Shown here: positions 1 to 13,586 of the stretch, in pieces
Layout of the letters: each line of letters begins with the position of its first letter
Numbering within the stretch: position 1 is the first letter of the stretch
From: Octopus vulgaris
Taxonomy: Eukaryota
DNA: 64,000 nucleotides
Assembly (NCBI GenBank): GCA_951406725.2
Contig: OX597837.1
Coordinates: 20,770,001-20,834,000 of the forward strand
Reading direction: 5' to 3'
The notes under the pieces: model-generated
What the model was told of the DNA's origin: nothing
The model's input: only the letters and a program-made list of their open reading frames with translations
Database searches by the model: none
Position numbers and translations under genes: made by a program

Positions 1-96
1 ATGAATGTATGTATCTGTAAATACACCTATAGGTACATACATAAATACATACGTACGCGAACACACACACACATATATACACTCACTCACATATGT

Positions 97-160
<64 letters not shown>

Positions 161-609
161 TTACAGAGAAGCTGGAAATTTGGTTGAGACGAGTATTGCA
201 ATAGCGATATAATCTCTTCTCACTGACTTAATATTCGATTATATCGTAAGAAATGGCAGATTACTTACAGGATACAACATAGAGATATATGTCTCTGACA
301 CTGACCCTTCCAATCGGTCACTTTATTTCCATTTATGATTTCTCCTCCAAATACACACACGCACACACAGGTATATACACACACACGCACGCACACACAT
401 ACAGAAGCACACACACATACACAACCACACAGACACACATATATACGCCTACAGAATCATCCGTACATCTGTGTATATGTATGTACGAGTGTGCTGGTGT
501 ATATGTGTTTGGGCTTTACATACTTTACGTACACACAAACAAAAACGCACACACTTCTATACATATATATACATATACACACATATGCACACGTACACAC
601 ACACAAATC

Positions 610-693
<84 letters not shown>

Positions 694-778
694 CATATAT
701 ATATACATATATATATATATATTTATATCTATGTATTTAAATATATATATATATATGTATGTATATGTATATATATAT

Positions 779-829
<51 letters not shown>

Positions 830-1082
830 TAATAAATGAAATAAAACATATGCATATATATAAACATATATGTACGTACCTACCTCTACATGTACATATA
901 CACGCATATATGAGTACAGAACACCAAAGGGACGTCGAACACAAAGAAAAACGAAAACATAGACACAAACCAAAGGAACTGGACATTTTTTTAAAAACAA
1001 CAAAAAAATGGAGTACAGGACAATTAACACAACGAAAAAACCCCTTCTTCAGTCACTAAGGTTTCATCTACTCTACGTTTCT

Positions 1083-1114
<32 letters not shown>

Positions 1115-1210
1115 GAAAAATACAAACTGGGACAAGAACTTGAAACATTTAGAAGACGATACAAAAAACACGGTCGGGACATTCGAAGCCTTCAATCTTC
1201 AGTCTATACA

Positions 1211-2329
1211 CAGGAGTTAGGACCAAATAATGAAAACACCTAGAATCATAATTTTGAATCATCTATAAAACCGCCAAAAGCTTGTTTATTTTTGTTTTTT
1301 TTATTTATTATTAGTGTTGCTTAATATGTTTTGCTAAAATTGCTGGGGTTTTTTTTTCAGATATCATCAGAAAAAGGTAATCAAAATTCATTAAAATAGC
1401 AGATCTATTGGACTTTCAAAGAGGTCAAATTGTTGGTGCTCGTCGAAACAAAACTCTGGAAGAAAACCAAAACTTTCAGATAGGAACCATCGGAATCTTA
1501 CGCGAATTGTTAGAAAGGATCACAAAAGTACAGCTCCCAAAATTACTGCAGAGCTTAATGACCACCTCGAGAACCCAGTTTCCACAAAAACAATTCACCA
1601 GGAACTGCACAAAGCCGGATATCACGGGAAGGTTGCAATTAAAAAACCACTACTTTCAAAAACAAACAAACGTTGCAAAGTGTTTACAGTGGAATAAAAA
1701 CCTACAGAATTGGTCCCTAGAGCAGTGGAAGAATGTTATTTTCTCGGACGAGTCATCCTTTTCCTTATTTCCGACCACCGGCCAAGTATACGTGTAATGA
1801 TAGCCAAAAGAAGCATTTGACCCAGATTGCTCTCTTCCAACTGTTAATCATAGAGGAGGATCTGTAATGATCTAGGGGGCTATATCTTGGAAATCCGCCG
1901 GCCCAATGGTTACCTTTCGTGGCAGAATTAATAGTCAAGACTATTTAAGCATTTTATCTGATTAAATTCATACTATGGCTACGGAACTGTTTCCGGAGGG
2001 AAACGCAATCTTTAAGGATAAAAAAGCACCAATTACTGGCACGAGAAACATTCTAGTGATGTTGAACATCTTATCTGGCCACCACAGTCCCCAGATCTCA
2101 AAATTATTGAACATTTATGGTGCATTTTAGAAAAATAAGTAAGGAGTCGATATTCTCCACTATCATCACTACAAGAACTGGAGACTACTTTAGCTGAAGA
2201 ATACCCCATATTAAAGAATACCCCATATTAAAGAATACCCCATATTAAAGAATACCCCATATTAAAGAATACCCCATATTAAAATAAATTTGTTTGAAAT
2301 TTCAAGGCGTTTCCATTATTTAGTCCAAC

Positions 2330-2333
<4 letters not shown>
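1211..2333 (+). mobile_element. Degenerate Tc1-like DNA transposon (transposase pseudogene)
   Basis: Imperfect TIRs: caggagttaggaccaaataatgaaaacacc (1211) and ggcgtttccattatttagtccaaccc (~2306-2331). Transposase motifs DFQRGQIVGAR and WKNVIFSDESSF (ORF 1408-1797), HGGGSVMxWG-like at ~1850-1880, WPPQSPDL at ~2075-2100. Multiple stops and frameshifts. Confidence 0.9.
2197..2281 (+). repeat. 17-bp tandem repeat aagaataccccatatta x5 inside the Tc1 element
   Basis: Five exact units counted directly. Confidence 0.95.
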
Positions 2334-2413
<80 letters not shown>

Positions 2414-2454
2414 ATGTATATATACATATTTGTATGTGTATATATATATATTTG

Positions 2455-2521
<67 letters not shown>

Positions 2522-2529
2522 GTAATCAC

Positions 2530-2725
2530 ATGTGAATCATTGGCGATTTTCTTCCTCCGTCTTCCTTCCTATTTAACCTTCCACTGTTTCTTAAGAAGAG
2601 CATTGCTCGAAACGTTAAACCATCTTTCTTTCCCCCCACCCCTGAGCGTCAGCTTATGCTTTACATGTAACACGTCCTCGCGTTGTTGCTTTTTTAGTGT
2701 TTTTGTTCTTCTTTTTTGGGATTTA
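2530..2725 (+). mobile_element. ~200-bp PLE-derived non-autonomous repeat with decayed minimal hammerhead (family copies at 34625 and 46740)
   Basis: gttt CTTAAGA a GAGC att GCTC GAAACGTT aaac at 2586-2620. Clear similarity to 34625-34830 and to the reverse complement of 46740-46950. Flanked by (TA)n-rich tracts. Confidence 0.7.
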
Positions 2726-2817
2726 CTACACACACACACATAGATATGTATATATATATATGTATGTATGTGTATGTATGTATGTATGTATGTATGTATG
2801 TATGTATGTATGTATGT

Positions 2818-2875
<58 letters not shown>

Positions 2876-2896
2876 ATGAAAATATATGCACACACA

Positions 2897-3788
2897 CGAA
2901 AGGTAACCCGAAAGAAACCGGAATTCTGCTATATTATTTTGTCCACTTAGATTTATGTGTTTCACTTTTATCGGGTTTAAAGAATTCTCTATTTAAAACA
3001 ATGCATCGGTCCAGGTGCGTTTTCCAATATTCGAAGCAGTGCTGGACATCTAGCGAAATACCTTTTAACGCCCCTGTCGTTTTTCTTCAACTCTTCCACA
3101 TTTTCAGATTTCGTAGCACCAAGTTTCGTCACCAGTGAGGAATCTTGAAAGAAGGTCCGGATCAACTTCCAACTTTTCCTTCAGTTGAAGACTCGCATTC
3201 AATTGTGACTGCTTTTGATCTTCCGTGAGCAAGCGGGGCATAAATTATACTGCAACTCTCTTCTTTGGCAATTACTCGCACAAAATTCGTTGGTTGGTGC
3301 TCTAAGACTCAGCAGACATACCAACAAGTTCGTCAATTGTTCGGTGGCTGTCCTCCAAGATCAGTTCATGAATTTTCGTGATGTTTTCAGTCGTTCGTGG
3401 GGTCGATAGTTGCCATGAACAAGGCTGGTCTTCAAGTAACAAGTGACCGTTCCTAAAGCGTTGAAACCACTCGTAAACTTGTGTTTTGTTCATGGCAGCG
3501 TCCTTCTAAGTTGTCTGAAGCATGACAACTGTTTCGGTTGCCGTTTTCCCCAGCAGAAAACAGAATTTCGCCGAAGCACACCGTTCCTTCGTTTTAGCAA
3601 TCGCAAAAACCGACGAGCAGGGAGAAACTGCAAAAGAAAGACGCATCATATGGCAGCACGACTGCAGACGATGACGTCGGCAGACTGATGCCTAAGAGTT
3701 GCATCAAGTGACCTCTAGCGAAGGAAGCCTGAACTACAACGGATTTGTCCCACAGAGAACGTTACCAGTGACTTTTGGGTACTCCTCG
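2897..3788 (-). mobile_element. Internally deleted mariner element
   Basis: Minus-strand HTH region MNKTQVYEWFQRFRNG..LEDQP (ORF 3302-3493). Ends cgaaaggtaacccgaaag and cttttgggtactcctcg|ta are imperfect TIRs. Confidence 0.8.
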
Positions 3789-3845
<57 letters not shown>

Positions 3846-3864
3846 CTCTCTCTCCATATATATA

Positions 3865-4443
3865 TAGGAGCAAAACGCCCCCCGTCCAATGGACGGTGCT
3901 GAGTTGTCAAACATTTAAACCAAATTTTCTCAAAACAACTTGTCCGACCGTCCCATAGGCCTCCCCTTTGAGAAACACTGATTTAACCTAAATTTCAGAC
4001 ACCAGCAAAAGAAGAAATAAAGATAGAAAGTTGAGGCAAAAAAAAAAACAAAATAACTTCTTGAGAAACTAAATAGTCTTTCCTTCCTTCATGCGAAGTT
4101 TGAAGAAAATATCTTTTTTGCATCTTACTTTTTTGGTCTCTTAAATATACTATATTTTGTGGCATTATTTCAAGCCAGCCGGCTTTTTTTTGGCGCTAAC
4201 TGCACGTGCATTTTTCTCGCGTACGCATTGTATCGATCGCAACAGCTGATGTACTTGTGCATACAAATATACTTTCCCACGGCTTTATCGATCGTATTTT
4301 CACCTGGAATCGATTTTTGTAATTTTTTTCAAGACTTATACTCGTCCTGATACTGTCGTTATCTACATATAAAATTTGAGCGCAATCAGATGGCGGATGC
4401 CCGAGATCCTAGAAGACACACACACGGACAGACAGAACGATTT

Positions 4444-4450
<7 letters not shown>
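3865..4450. mobile_element. Helitron/Helentron-like non-autonomous remnant
   Basis: Short hairpin ccgtcca-a-tggacgg near one end and acacggacagacagaacgattttatat at the other, the same architecture as the Helitron at 27311. No coding sequence. Confidence 0.35.
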
Positions 4451-4518
<68 letters not shown>

Positions 4519-4544
4519 GGTTTGGAGATGATGTACAGGTATTT

Positions 4545-4975
4545 TATATTAGAAGAAATGAGGGCTCAGAAATTTGGATGGTTTTATATTTACAGATATT
4601 TATTTGTATATTACCTGTTTTTATACATCATATATCATATATTATATATCATATATTAGCGCTTTCGTCCATTCTAGTGGAGTTTTCAAATTGAACTAAG
4701 TTCTTGGGAAAATTTGACTATTTTTATAGTGTTATTGAGTGTGTAGTGGTGGGGAGAGATATTAGATATCTCTCCCCCACCACTACACACTCAATAACAC
4801 TATAAAAATAGTCACATTTTCCCAAGAACTTAGTTCAATTTGAAAACTCCACTAGAATGGACGAAAGCGCTAATATATGATATATAATATATGATATATG
4901 ATGTATAAAAACAGGTAATATACAAATAAATATCTGTAAATATAAAACCATCCGAATTTCTGAGTACCGAATTTG

Positions 4976-4984
<9 letters not shown>
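4545..4984. repeat. Near-perfect fold-back palindrome (~218-bp arms, 3-nt loop tag at 4763-4765) carrying an HHR-like motif in each arm
   Basis: 4545-4762 is the reverse complement of 4766-4984. Right arm contains TTGAAAA ctcca ctagaa tggac GAAA GCGC TA (4840-4872). (TA)n on both sides. Confidence 0.95.
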
Positions 4985-5020
<36 letters not shown>

Positions 5021-5826
5021 CGAAAGATACAATGATAGCGATTTTGATTCAGTGCTGTTTCGGCTCCGTATAACGCATTTTCTACAGCCTGGCAAGCTTC
5101 TGCAATATCAGTGAACGTTTTATTGACCATTTCTTATATACCGAGAGAGATATTTGAGCAGAATGAAAAGCATTTGTTTAAATTCGTTGGTACAATGTTC
5201 GAATATGAAACGTATTCCCTTCTATTTCTACAGATATGTGAACCCATGGATGTGGCACACTGAAAATTGAGCAGTGAAATGTTTCATATTTGAACTGTAT
5301 TCCATGTTACAGACGAAAATAAATGCATGATTTCCTTCCGCTTCTACACCTTTTCATTCATTAAACCCTTTCTTATCGTCCAAATTCCTCTCCACCCAAT
5401 TTTCTCATCACATTCTCCTCCTTCTTTCCCCTTACCTGCTTCTCACATTGTCCCCACCTGCTCCTGTTCCACACTTCATTTCCTCTTCCTTGTATCAAGT
5501 TCCTCGCTCGTATCATTTCCTGTTTTCTTAAGAACTTGAATTTGTCGTATGTTTCTCGTCATTTGCAGACAGTTTCTGAAACTTAGAGGATGCAAAATTC
5601 TGCTGTATTTCCTTCAATTTCACTTCTGCCAAATTTTGCATGAAGAAGAATTTCTGTCCGAAACGTTAAATTTTCCACTCCCATTGGCAATTTCACTATA
5701 CACTTTCTACGATTTTTCTAAATAATGTTAGTATTGCCGACGCAGAACACAACCAGTCTCTTTGGATTACGTTTTATGTCATATACACATACATGCGTGT
5801 GTGTGAGATAGAAAGAGTGAGTGAAA

Positions 5827-5941
<115 letters not shown>

Positions 5942-6184
5942 TGCAAGAATACATGAGTCCCATACTTAAACAGGAAATAGTAGGAAATAGAATCTAATAG
6001 GAATTAGAAGAGTGATAGAAGGAAAATGAAGTGAAAAGGCTGAAGAAGTGAATGAGAGAGAAGTAGGAGGCCAAACTGAGGTGAAAGAGGATTTGAAGGA
6101 AAAAGAAGGGGCTACTGACCAAAGAGGGTTTAAATCAACTTTTCCCTCTACTTTTATGCCTATATCTTTTTCTATGTATATATG

Positions 6185-6226
<42 letters not shown>

Positions 6227-6229
6227 GAC

Positions 6230-6265
<36 letters not shown>

Positions 6266-6313
6266 GGATACGTACATAAAAACGCGAACATGTGAGTGTA
6301 TGTGTAGATTTGC

Positions 6314-6353
<40 letters not shown>

Positions 6354-6468
6354 GCGTGTATATGCTGATATATATATATAAATAGATATATAGATAGATA
6401 GATACATATCTATATCTATATATAAATATATATACATTTAAATATATATATATACATGCGTGTATATG

Positions 6469-6543
<75 letters not shown>

Positions 6544-7039
6544 GTATATGTATATACTATCATTTGTACATATTTGTGTGTATGTGTGTGAGTGTGGTGT
6601 GTCTACGTGTGTCTACGTGAATGGATAGAGTATGTGAGAGAGCCATACTTGCACAGTCTCAACATAATACTCTCCATCAAACGTTCTTACAATATTATAA
6701 CGCAGACAATTTCCCAAACTTAAAAGCAGCCATCATATCACAAAGCCAACACCTTCCATTACGCTAAGGTAAAAGAGCTGATATAAATGTAGAAGCATAT
6801 CGACGTCTGACTTTCTTCCTCTCCATCGTCTGTCGTCTGTTTCACTCATTTTCCTTTCCATTTTGCCGTCTGCTTTTCTTCCTTTCGTTATTTCGTGATT
6901 TTATTCAATTTTTCTATAATTTTTCCTAGCATTGTCGTTTTTTATTATATTTTACTTCTTTTGCTTTCTTTCATTTTGTTCGTTCGTTCCATCTTTCATT
7001 CGTTTTTGCATTCTAACCGTCCCTTTATCTCTCAACTTT

Positions 7040-7465
7040 TAGTTTTTCAGTCATTGGAATGTAGCCAAGCTGGGGCATCGCACTGAAAGGCTTTAGTAAA
7101 ATAGATAATCCCTTGTACTTATTTATTTTGTGTTTTTTAAGTCTACTGCATATTGTATCGGACTCTTTTATCGAACTGTTAAGTTATGGGAACGTAAACA
7201 AACCAACACCAATTGCCAAGTAAGAGAAGGAAGCAAACACAAAGACACACAGACACATTGACATACACGCACATAAATCTAAATAAGGAGAGAGAGAGTG
7301 ACGAACTTCCATACAGTTTCCATCTACCAGATTCTATCACAAGGCTTTGGTCGACCCGGAGACATAGCAGAAGAAACTTGCTCAAGGTGTCACGCAGTTG
7401 GACTGAACCTGAAATTACGCGGTTGCAATGTGAGCTTCTTAAAGAATCAGCCGTATCTTTTTTAC
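7040..7465 (-). mobile_element. tRNA-derived SINE, family B (decayed)
   Basis: Reverse complement matches the head and tail of the fuller copy at 28132-28510. Confidence 0.7.
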
Positions 7466-8104
7466 CTATATTTCTGCATCTTCATCTTCTTTTTCCTGTC
7501 TTCCTCTTTCATACACACATACACACACTCAAACAAGCGCACGCGCACACACACAAGCCCGCTCTCTCTCTCTCCCTCCCTCCCCTTCTCCTTTCCCCCT
7601 CTCTGTCATTTTCACTCTCTCCCTCTCGTTGCTTCTCAGTTTCTTGCTCCCCATCTCGCTCCTGGACGCAAACACTTCCTCATTCGCAATTCCTGTTCTC
7701 TTCCCTCCTCTCATTCTCATCTTCCTCTCTCGTTCACTTTCCTTTAACATCATTTCTTCCTTATGTTGTGTGTATTTCTATGTGTGTGTGTGTGTGCGCG
7801 CGTGTCTGTGTGTATGTATGTGCGTGTGTGTGTGCGCAAGAGAGAGAAAGAAAGAAAGATACAAAGAAGGAAAGAAGAAAAGAAGGAAAGAAAGAAAGGA
7901 AGGAAGAGGGTAAAGAGGGGAAGAGAGAGAGAGAGAGAGAGAGAGCGTATGTCTGTAAAACTTTAGAATGAAAAAGTGTCGTCTGCTCTTGCCTGCTGTC
8001 GTCTGGTTTAAAATGGGGCCAAGGAGAGTATTGCAAGATAAAACTTGCGAAATAAGTTTTAAAATAGTTCTTCCTTCTTCAATGGTTATCGTTAGTGCTA
8101 AAAC

Positions 8105-8140
8105 GAGGCGATTGGTTAATATAAAGCGACCAATGACCGC
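8105..8140. promoter_or_regulatory. Possible promoter: ATTGG - TATAAA - CCAAT cluster
   Basis: ATTGG 8111, TATAAA 8120, CCAAT 8130 in non-repetitive sequence next to GA/CT-rich tracts. Motif evidence only. Confidence 0.2.
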
Positions 8141-8349
8141 ATGCTAACCCCATTCTCATGGCTCAGAGCTCTCTTTCTCTTTTCTCTCTTGATAAAGACT
8201 CCTTTAATGTCAAAATATTTAAACATAAGGTAAAAGTGTCAACCGTTCTTTCTTTTCATTTCGTCTCATTTTCTTATTGCTCCCCACCTCCGCCCTACTA
8301 TTTCTGTTTTGTGCTGTTGTAGATTTGTAAATTCGCGCACACAGCACTC

Positions 8350-8385
<36 letters not shown>

Positions 8386-8506
8386 ACACACACACACTCA
8401 CACACACATACGAGTGTATATGCAATGTTCTAATATCTACACAGCCTTGGTTTTTTTATCTCATTACGCAACAAATTCAAACATATATATATATATATAT
8501 TCATAC

Positions 8507-8560
<54 letters not shown>

Positions 8561-8587
8561 AATAATTTCTATGAAGCATTGTGTAGA

Positions 8588-8891
8588 ATATATTGTATAA
8601 AAGATCGTGGGTAAGGCCAAAGCAATGCGAAGTAAATGCAAGGTAAATCACAAAAAAACAACTAAGTGAATTAATGTAGACTTACCTTGTATTCAATGCT
8701 TCGGGGTCATGACTCCATTTTCAAGAAATTGACGAAAGCACATTCGTCAATTTCTTGAAAATGTCGTCATAACCCCGAAATATTGAATACAAGGTAAGTC
8801 TACATTAATTCACATATTTGCTTTCCTTTGATTTACCTTGCATTTACATCGCATTGTTTCGGCCTTACCCACGAGCTTTTATACAAAATAT
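8588..8891. repeat. Imperfect fold-back palindrome (~150-bp arms, 6-nt loop) with an HHR-like motif in each arm
   Basis: Centre gacgaa-agcaca-ttcgtc (8731-8748). Right arm reads ttc TTGAAAA tgtcg tcataa cccc GAAA ta TT gaa. Confidence 0.9.
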
Positions 8892-9058
8892 ATATGTATG
8901 TATATATATACCCAGCGAGGTCGACTTTGCCTTTCATCCTTTCGGGGTCGATAAATTAAGCACCAGTTGCGTGTTGGAGTCCTAATCGACTGGTCCCTTC
9001 CCCAAAGGTTCAGGCCTTGTGCCTAGAGTAGAAAAGAATACATACATACATACATACA

Positions 9059-9089
<31 letters not shown>

Positions 9090-9090
9090 G

Positions 9091-9186
<96 letters not shown>

Positions 9187-9337
9187 TGTGTGTGTGTGTA
9201 TGTATGTATATATATATGTATGTATGAATATATGTAGGGAGGTATGTATATATACATAGTATATGTGTGTATGAGTGCGTGTGTGAATATAGATAGATAG
9301 ATAAATAGACAGACAGACAGACAGAAGACAGACAGAC

Positions 9338-9436
<99 letters not shown>

Positions 9437-9464
9437 AATACATGCGTGCGTATGCATATATAGA

Positions 9465-9640
9465 TCTGTGCTCTGCAACTGGTATGCTACGGCACACTGG
9501 TGTGCCACGAGACGATGCAGGTGTGCCGCAATGTAGCCGGAATATAAGTTTTTCCATTATACTATTAGTTATATTTTACTTCAGGTGTGCCGCTGAATAT
9601 TGAAAAGAATATAAGTGAACGGCAAGTGGAAAATGTCTGT
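9465..9640. mobile_element. hAT-type MITE remnant
   Basis: Repeated ggtgtgcc(g/a)c and cggcacac subterminal motifs of the kind seen in Charlie/SPIN-like hAT ends. Termini decayed. Confidence 0.35.
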
Positions 9641-9891
9641 GAATTACATTATGATTATATTATATTTATATATATTTATATGTATGTATATATGTTTATA
9701 TATATGCTCATTATATTGAAACTCAACGCTTCAGTTTCAATAAAAGGAACATTCTCTACATGTATTGAGCACTCCTTTCGCATTCGTTCGACACTAAGCA
9801 ACGAACGTACTTGTGTATGTGTGTGCGTTTGAGTGCGTGTGTGCGTGTGTGTGTGTATTTATGCATGTATCTGTGTAGGTGTGTATGTATG

Positions 9892-9938
<47 letters not shown>

Positions 9939-10738
9939 ATGTGTGTATGCACACATGAATGTGTGTATGTCTGTGTATGTATGTATGTATGTATGTATGT
10001 ATGTATGTATGTATGTATGTATGTTTGTATGTATGTATGTATGTATGTTTGTATGTATGCATGTATGCAAGCGTGTGTGTTTGTATGTATGTATGCATGT
10101 ATGTAAGTTTGCATGTATGTATGTATGCATGTATATATGTATGTATGTATGTATGTATGCATGTATGTATGTATGCAAGCGCATGTTTGTATGTATGTAT
10201 GTATGTATGTATGTATGTGTGTGTATGTGTGTGTTGTGTGTGTGTATTGTAAATTTTCCGAGCTATTTCTGAAAAGTGTTACCTAGCAACCAAAATGAGT
10301 TAGATGACCTGTCCTGGTTAGGTTCTAAATGTTGTTATTTCAAAATTTGAAATCCAGACAAGATCTTTTAATATATATTCTTAGATTGTTTTTAACCCAT
10401 GCTGAGTTTGAATCTGCGTTAGCTTCTACAATTTATCAGTGGCTATAGTTCTGTATATATGTATATGTGAGTGTGCACGTGTGTGTGTGTGTGTGTGTGT
10501 GTTTCTTGCTCCGTGTGTGTATGTCTACGAGAGCTTGTATGCCTGTGTGTGTGTGTGTGTACATGTGTTTATGAGTTTGTAAGTGCTTGCGTCTGTGTAT
10601 ATGTAAGTTTCCGTTCGTATTTATTTGTGTTTATGTTGCTGTGCGTACAAACACACACATAAAAACATATATAGAACTATATATTACATAAGTTTAGTCA
10701 TGATATACATAGGCATATGTGTATGTGTTAAGTATGCA

Positions 10739-10785
<47 letters not shown>

Positions 10786-11438
10786 ATATGTGTGTATATG
10801 TGTGTTGCCTGTATGTATGTATGTAAGTGTGTGTGTGTATGTACAGTTGACCTATATGAAGCAAAGATCATTCCAGCAGACACGCTCTAGACATGTAAGT
10901 TCCGCTCTGGTCTAAAATTGCATTTAAATATCCACAAATAAGACAAGATAAACGACACTGCGCCACTTGAGGTGTGACATAATTTGTATTGTTTGTAATG
11001 CAAATTCCAAACAACTCTCCGGACACAAAAGCTGCCTCCGTGCTCATGCAGAGAAGCTTCACATATAACAAGAACTGGTTTAGCTTTGAAGAGGAACAGA
11101 CTGTTTCTTTTTTTTTATCTTTTATCTTTACTTATTTCTGTCATTAGACAGCGGCAAATGCTGGGGCACCACCTTGAAGAATTTTTAGTTGAATATCAAC
11201 ACTAGTACTCTTTAATTTTTTGTTAAGCCTGGTACTTAGTCTGTCGGCCTGTTTTGTCGAACCGCTATATTACGGGAGAGTAAACATGCCAACACAGGTT
11301 GTCAAGCAGTAGTAGCACGATGAAGATGTTTATAAATCACTCTTCGAAACGGCTCTTATTTGAACTTCTTATTTGAACACCAAATCAGAGGTAGATTAAA
11401 TATTGCGTAACCTTTGATAGAGTTTGAAAGCTCATCTA

Positions 11439-12003
11439 TTGAGTTGTCCGGAAAGTTCGTGCCGATTTATAGCAGCTTACCTTTCGACTTGTTTTAGAAC
11501 ATGGTTGAGTCCATAAAAAAGGATTTGACTACACCTATATTTAGAGCACAGTTTAAGCTATCTCTTCACGGAAGAATGTTTATGTTCCTATAACCTGTGT
11601 TAATTCTGTAACCCTTTAAAATGGAAGATAAGAACGTTCATTTTCGGCACTTGATGCTTTGGGAACCAGATAAAAATTGCTGCAGCTCGGCTGGGATGTG
11701 TTACCCCACCCTCCATATTCACCAGATATTGCTCCTTCCGATTTCCACTTATTCAGGTCTCTGCAGAATAGTCTTAATGGTAAAAAATTCAATTCCTTGG
11801 ATGATGTAAAAAGATACCTTGATGAATTCTTTGCCATGAAACCACCTCACTTCTGGGAAGCGGGTATTTTCAAGTTAAAGGAAAGATGGAGACGCATTGT
11901 GCAACAAAATGGTTCATATTTGGTTGATTAAAGATGCAATGACAAGCGTTTATTGACCTTTTCTTTCCTTTAAAAATCAGCACGAACTTTCCGGACAATC
12001 CAA
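11439..12003 (+). mobile_element. Internally deleted mariner element
   Basis: TIRs ttgagttgtccggaaagttcgtgccgattt / aaatcagcacgaactttccggacaatccaa with TA on both sides. N-terminus MEDKNVHFRHLMLWE is joined directly to the C-terminus LPHPPYSPDIAPSDFHLF (ORF 11677-11931). Confidence 0.95.
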
Positions 12004-12327
12004 TACAACATTCCTTCTCAGAAGAAGCGTCAGACAATTTTTGGAAGCTTAAAATTTTTTAGCGTTCATTTTTCTTCTCCAGAAATTAAGTTCTGACAGG
12101 TATGAAATTCCAGAAAACTGCAGTTTTATCAACATTATATATTTGCTTGATTGTGCAGCCCCCTCTGGCGATTATTTTTTCTCTTGTTCTACTGCTCAAA
12201 ATGATTAGTAGCAGCCTCTCTCTCCTCACTTTCAACTTCACGAATCCTTTTTATGTTGTGCAAATGAATTTGCACATCATAAAAAATGACTAATGAAATT
12301 GCCAGTTGAGTTTTCCTCGTCAGTCAA

Positions 12328-12446
<119 letters not shown>

Positions 12447-12630
12447 TAATTTTAAATTAATAATAGAAGAGTAAAATTTATTGAATCAATTAATTAAAAA
12501 TTTTACCAAGTAGACCCTTTCTGCTACTATAAGAATCTCATACATGAACATAAATACAGACACACACATACGTATATGAACATATATACACACACTCACA
12601 CACAGATATACATATAAACGCAGATACAGT

Positions 12631-12661
<31 letters not shown>

Positions 12662-12813
12662 ACACACACACGAACACACACACGAACACACACACGAACA
12701 CACACATAATTCTGCTACCATAAGATTCTTACAGTAGCAGAAAGGAAATTTTTTAACTCCTATTTCTAATTTCGGTATGTGGTGAAGCAGTTAGCTGAAC
12801 CCTTTATTATAAT

Positions 12814-12953
<140 letters not shown>

Positions 12954-13002
12954 GATAATTGATTAAGTAACCAGAAGATGGATTTGATATTAATCTTTAT
13001 TT

Positions 13003-13109
13003 TGTACAACGAACGTTTCGACCCATCCTGTTACTGTCCCTTATGGGTGGGACTCCGTTCAGCATTTTGTGGTGCATCCATTTTTGCAGTCTGGGTCACA
13101 TCAGGTACA
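13003..13109 (-). ncRNA. Hammerhead ribozyme motif (type I, long stem II), one core mutation
   Basis: Minus strand: tgtac CTGATGT GACCCA..TGGGTC GAAA C gttc G TT gtaca, giving a 5-bp stem I and 6-bp stem II base, with A9 changed to T. AATAAA follows immediately. Confidence 0.7.
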
Positions 13110-13511
13110 TCCATACACAAAGTGGTGTCACACTAAAGTTTATGGGTTTAGGCTGTCATGTTGTTATATTCCCGTCTGGTTAGGGAATAAATATATACAT
13201 GCATATGTGTGTGTGTGTGTGTGAATATATGTGTGTGTCTGTGTGCGTGTTTATTATATGTATATATTATATATATGTACACACACACATATATATATAG
13301 ATATATAGATGTACACAGATATTCATACATACATATTTACCATATTTACAGGTATAGATAGATTATAATTTATTTAATTTATATATAGATATATAAATAT
13401 ATATATATTACATACATGAACATACATACAGACACACACATACGTATATGAGCATATATACACACACTCACACAGATATACATATAAACGCAGACACAGT
13501 CACAAACACAC

Positions 13512-13586
<75 letters not shown>

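Noticed and set aside
10850-11070. Host C2H2 zinc-finger exon (CIVC..CLRAHAEKLH)
   Set aside because: Spacing is non-canonical and resembles the C-terminal finger of a decayed RTE-type LINE. Not supportable as a gene.
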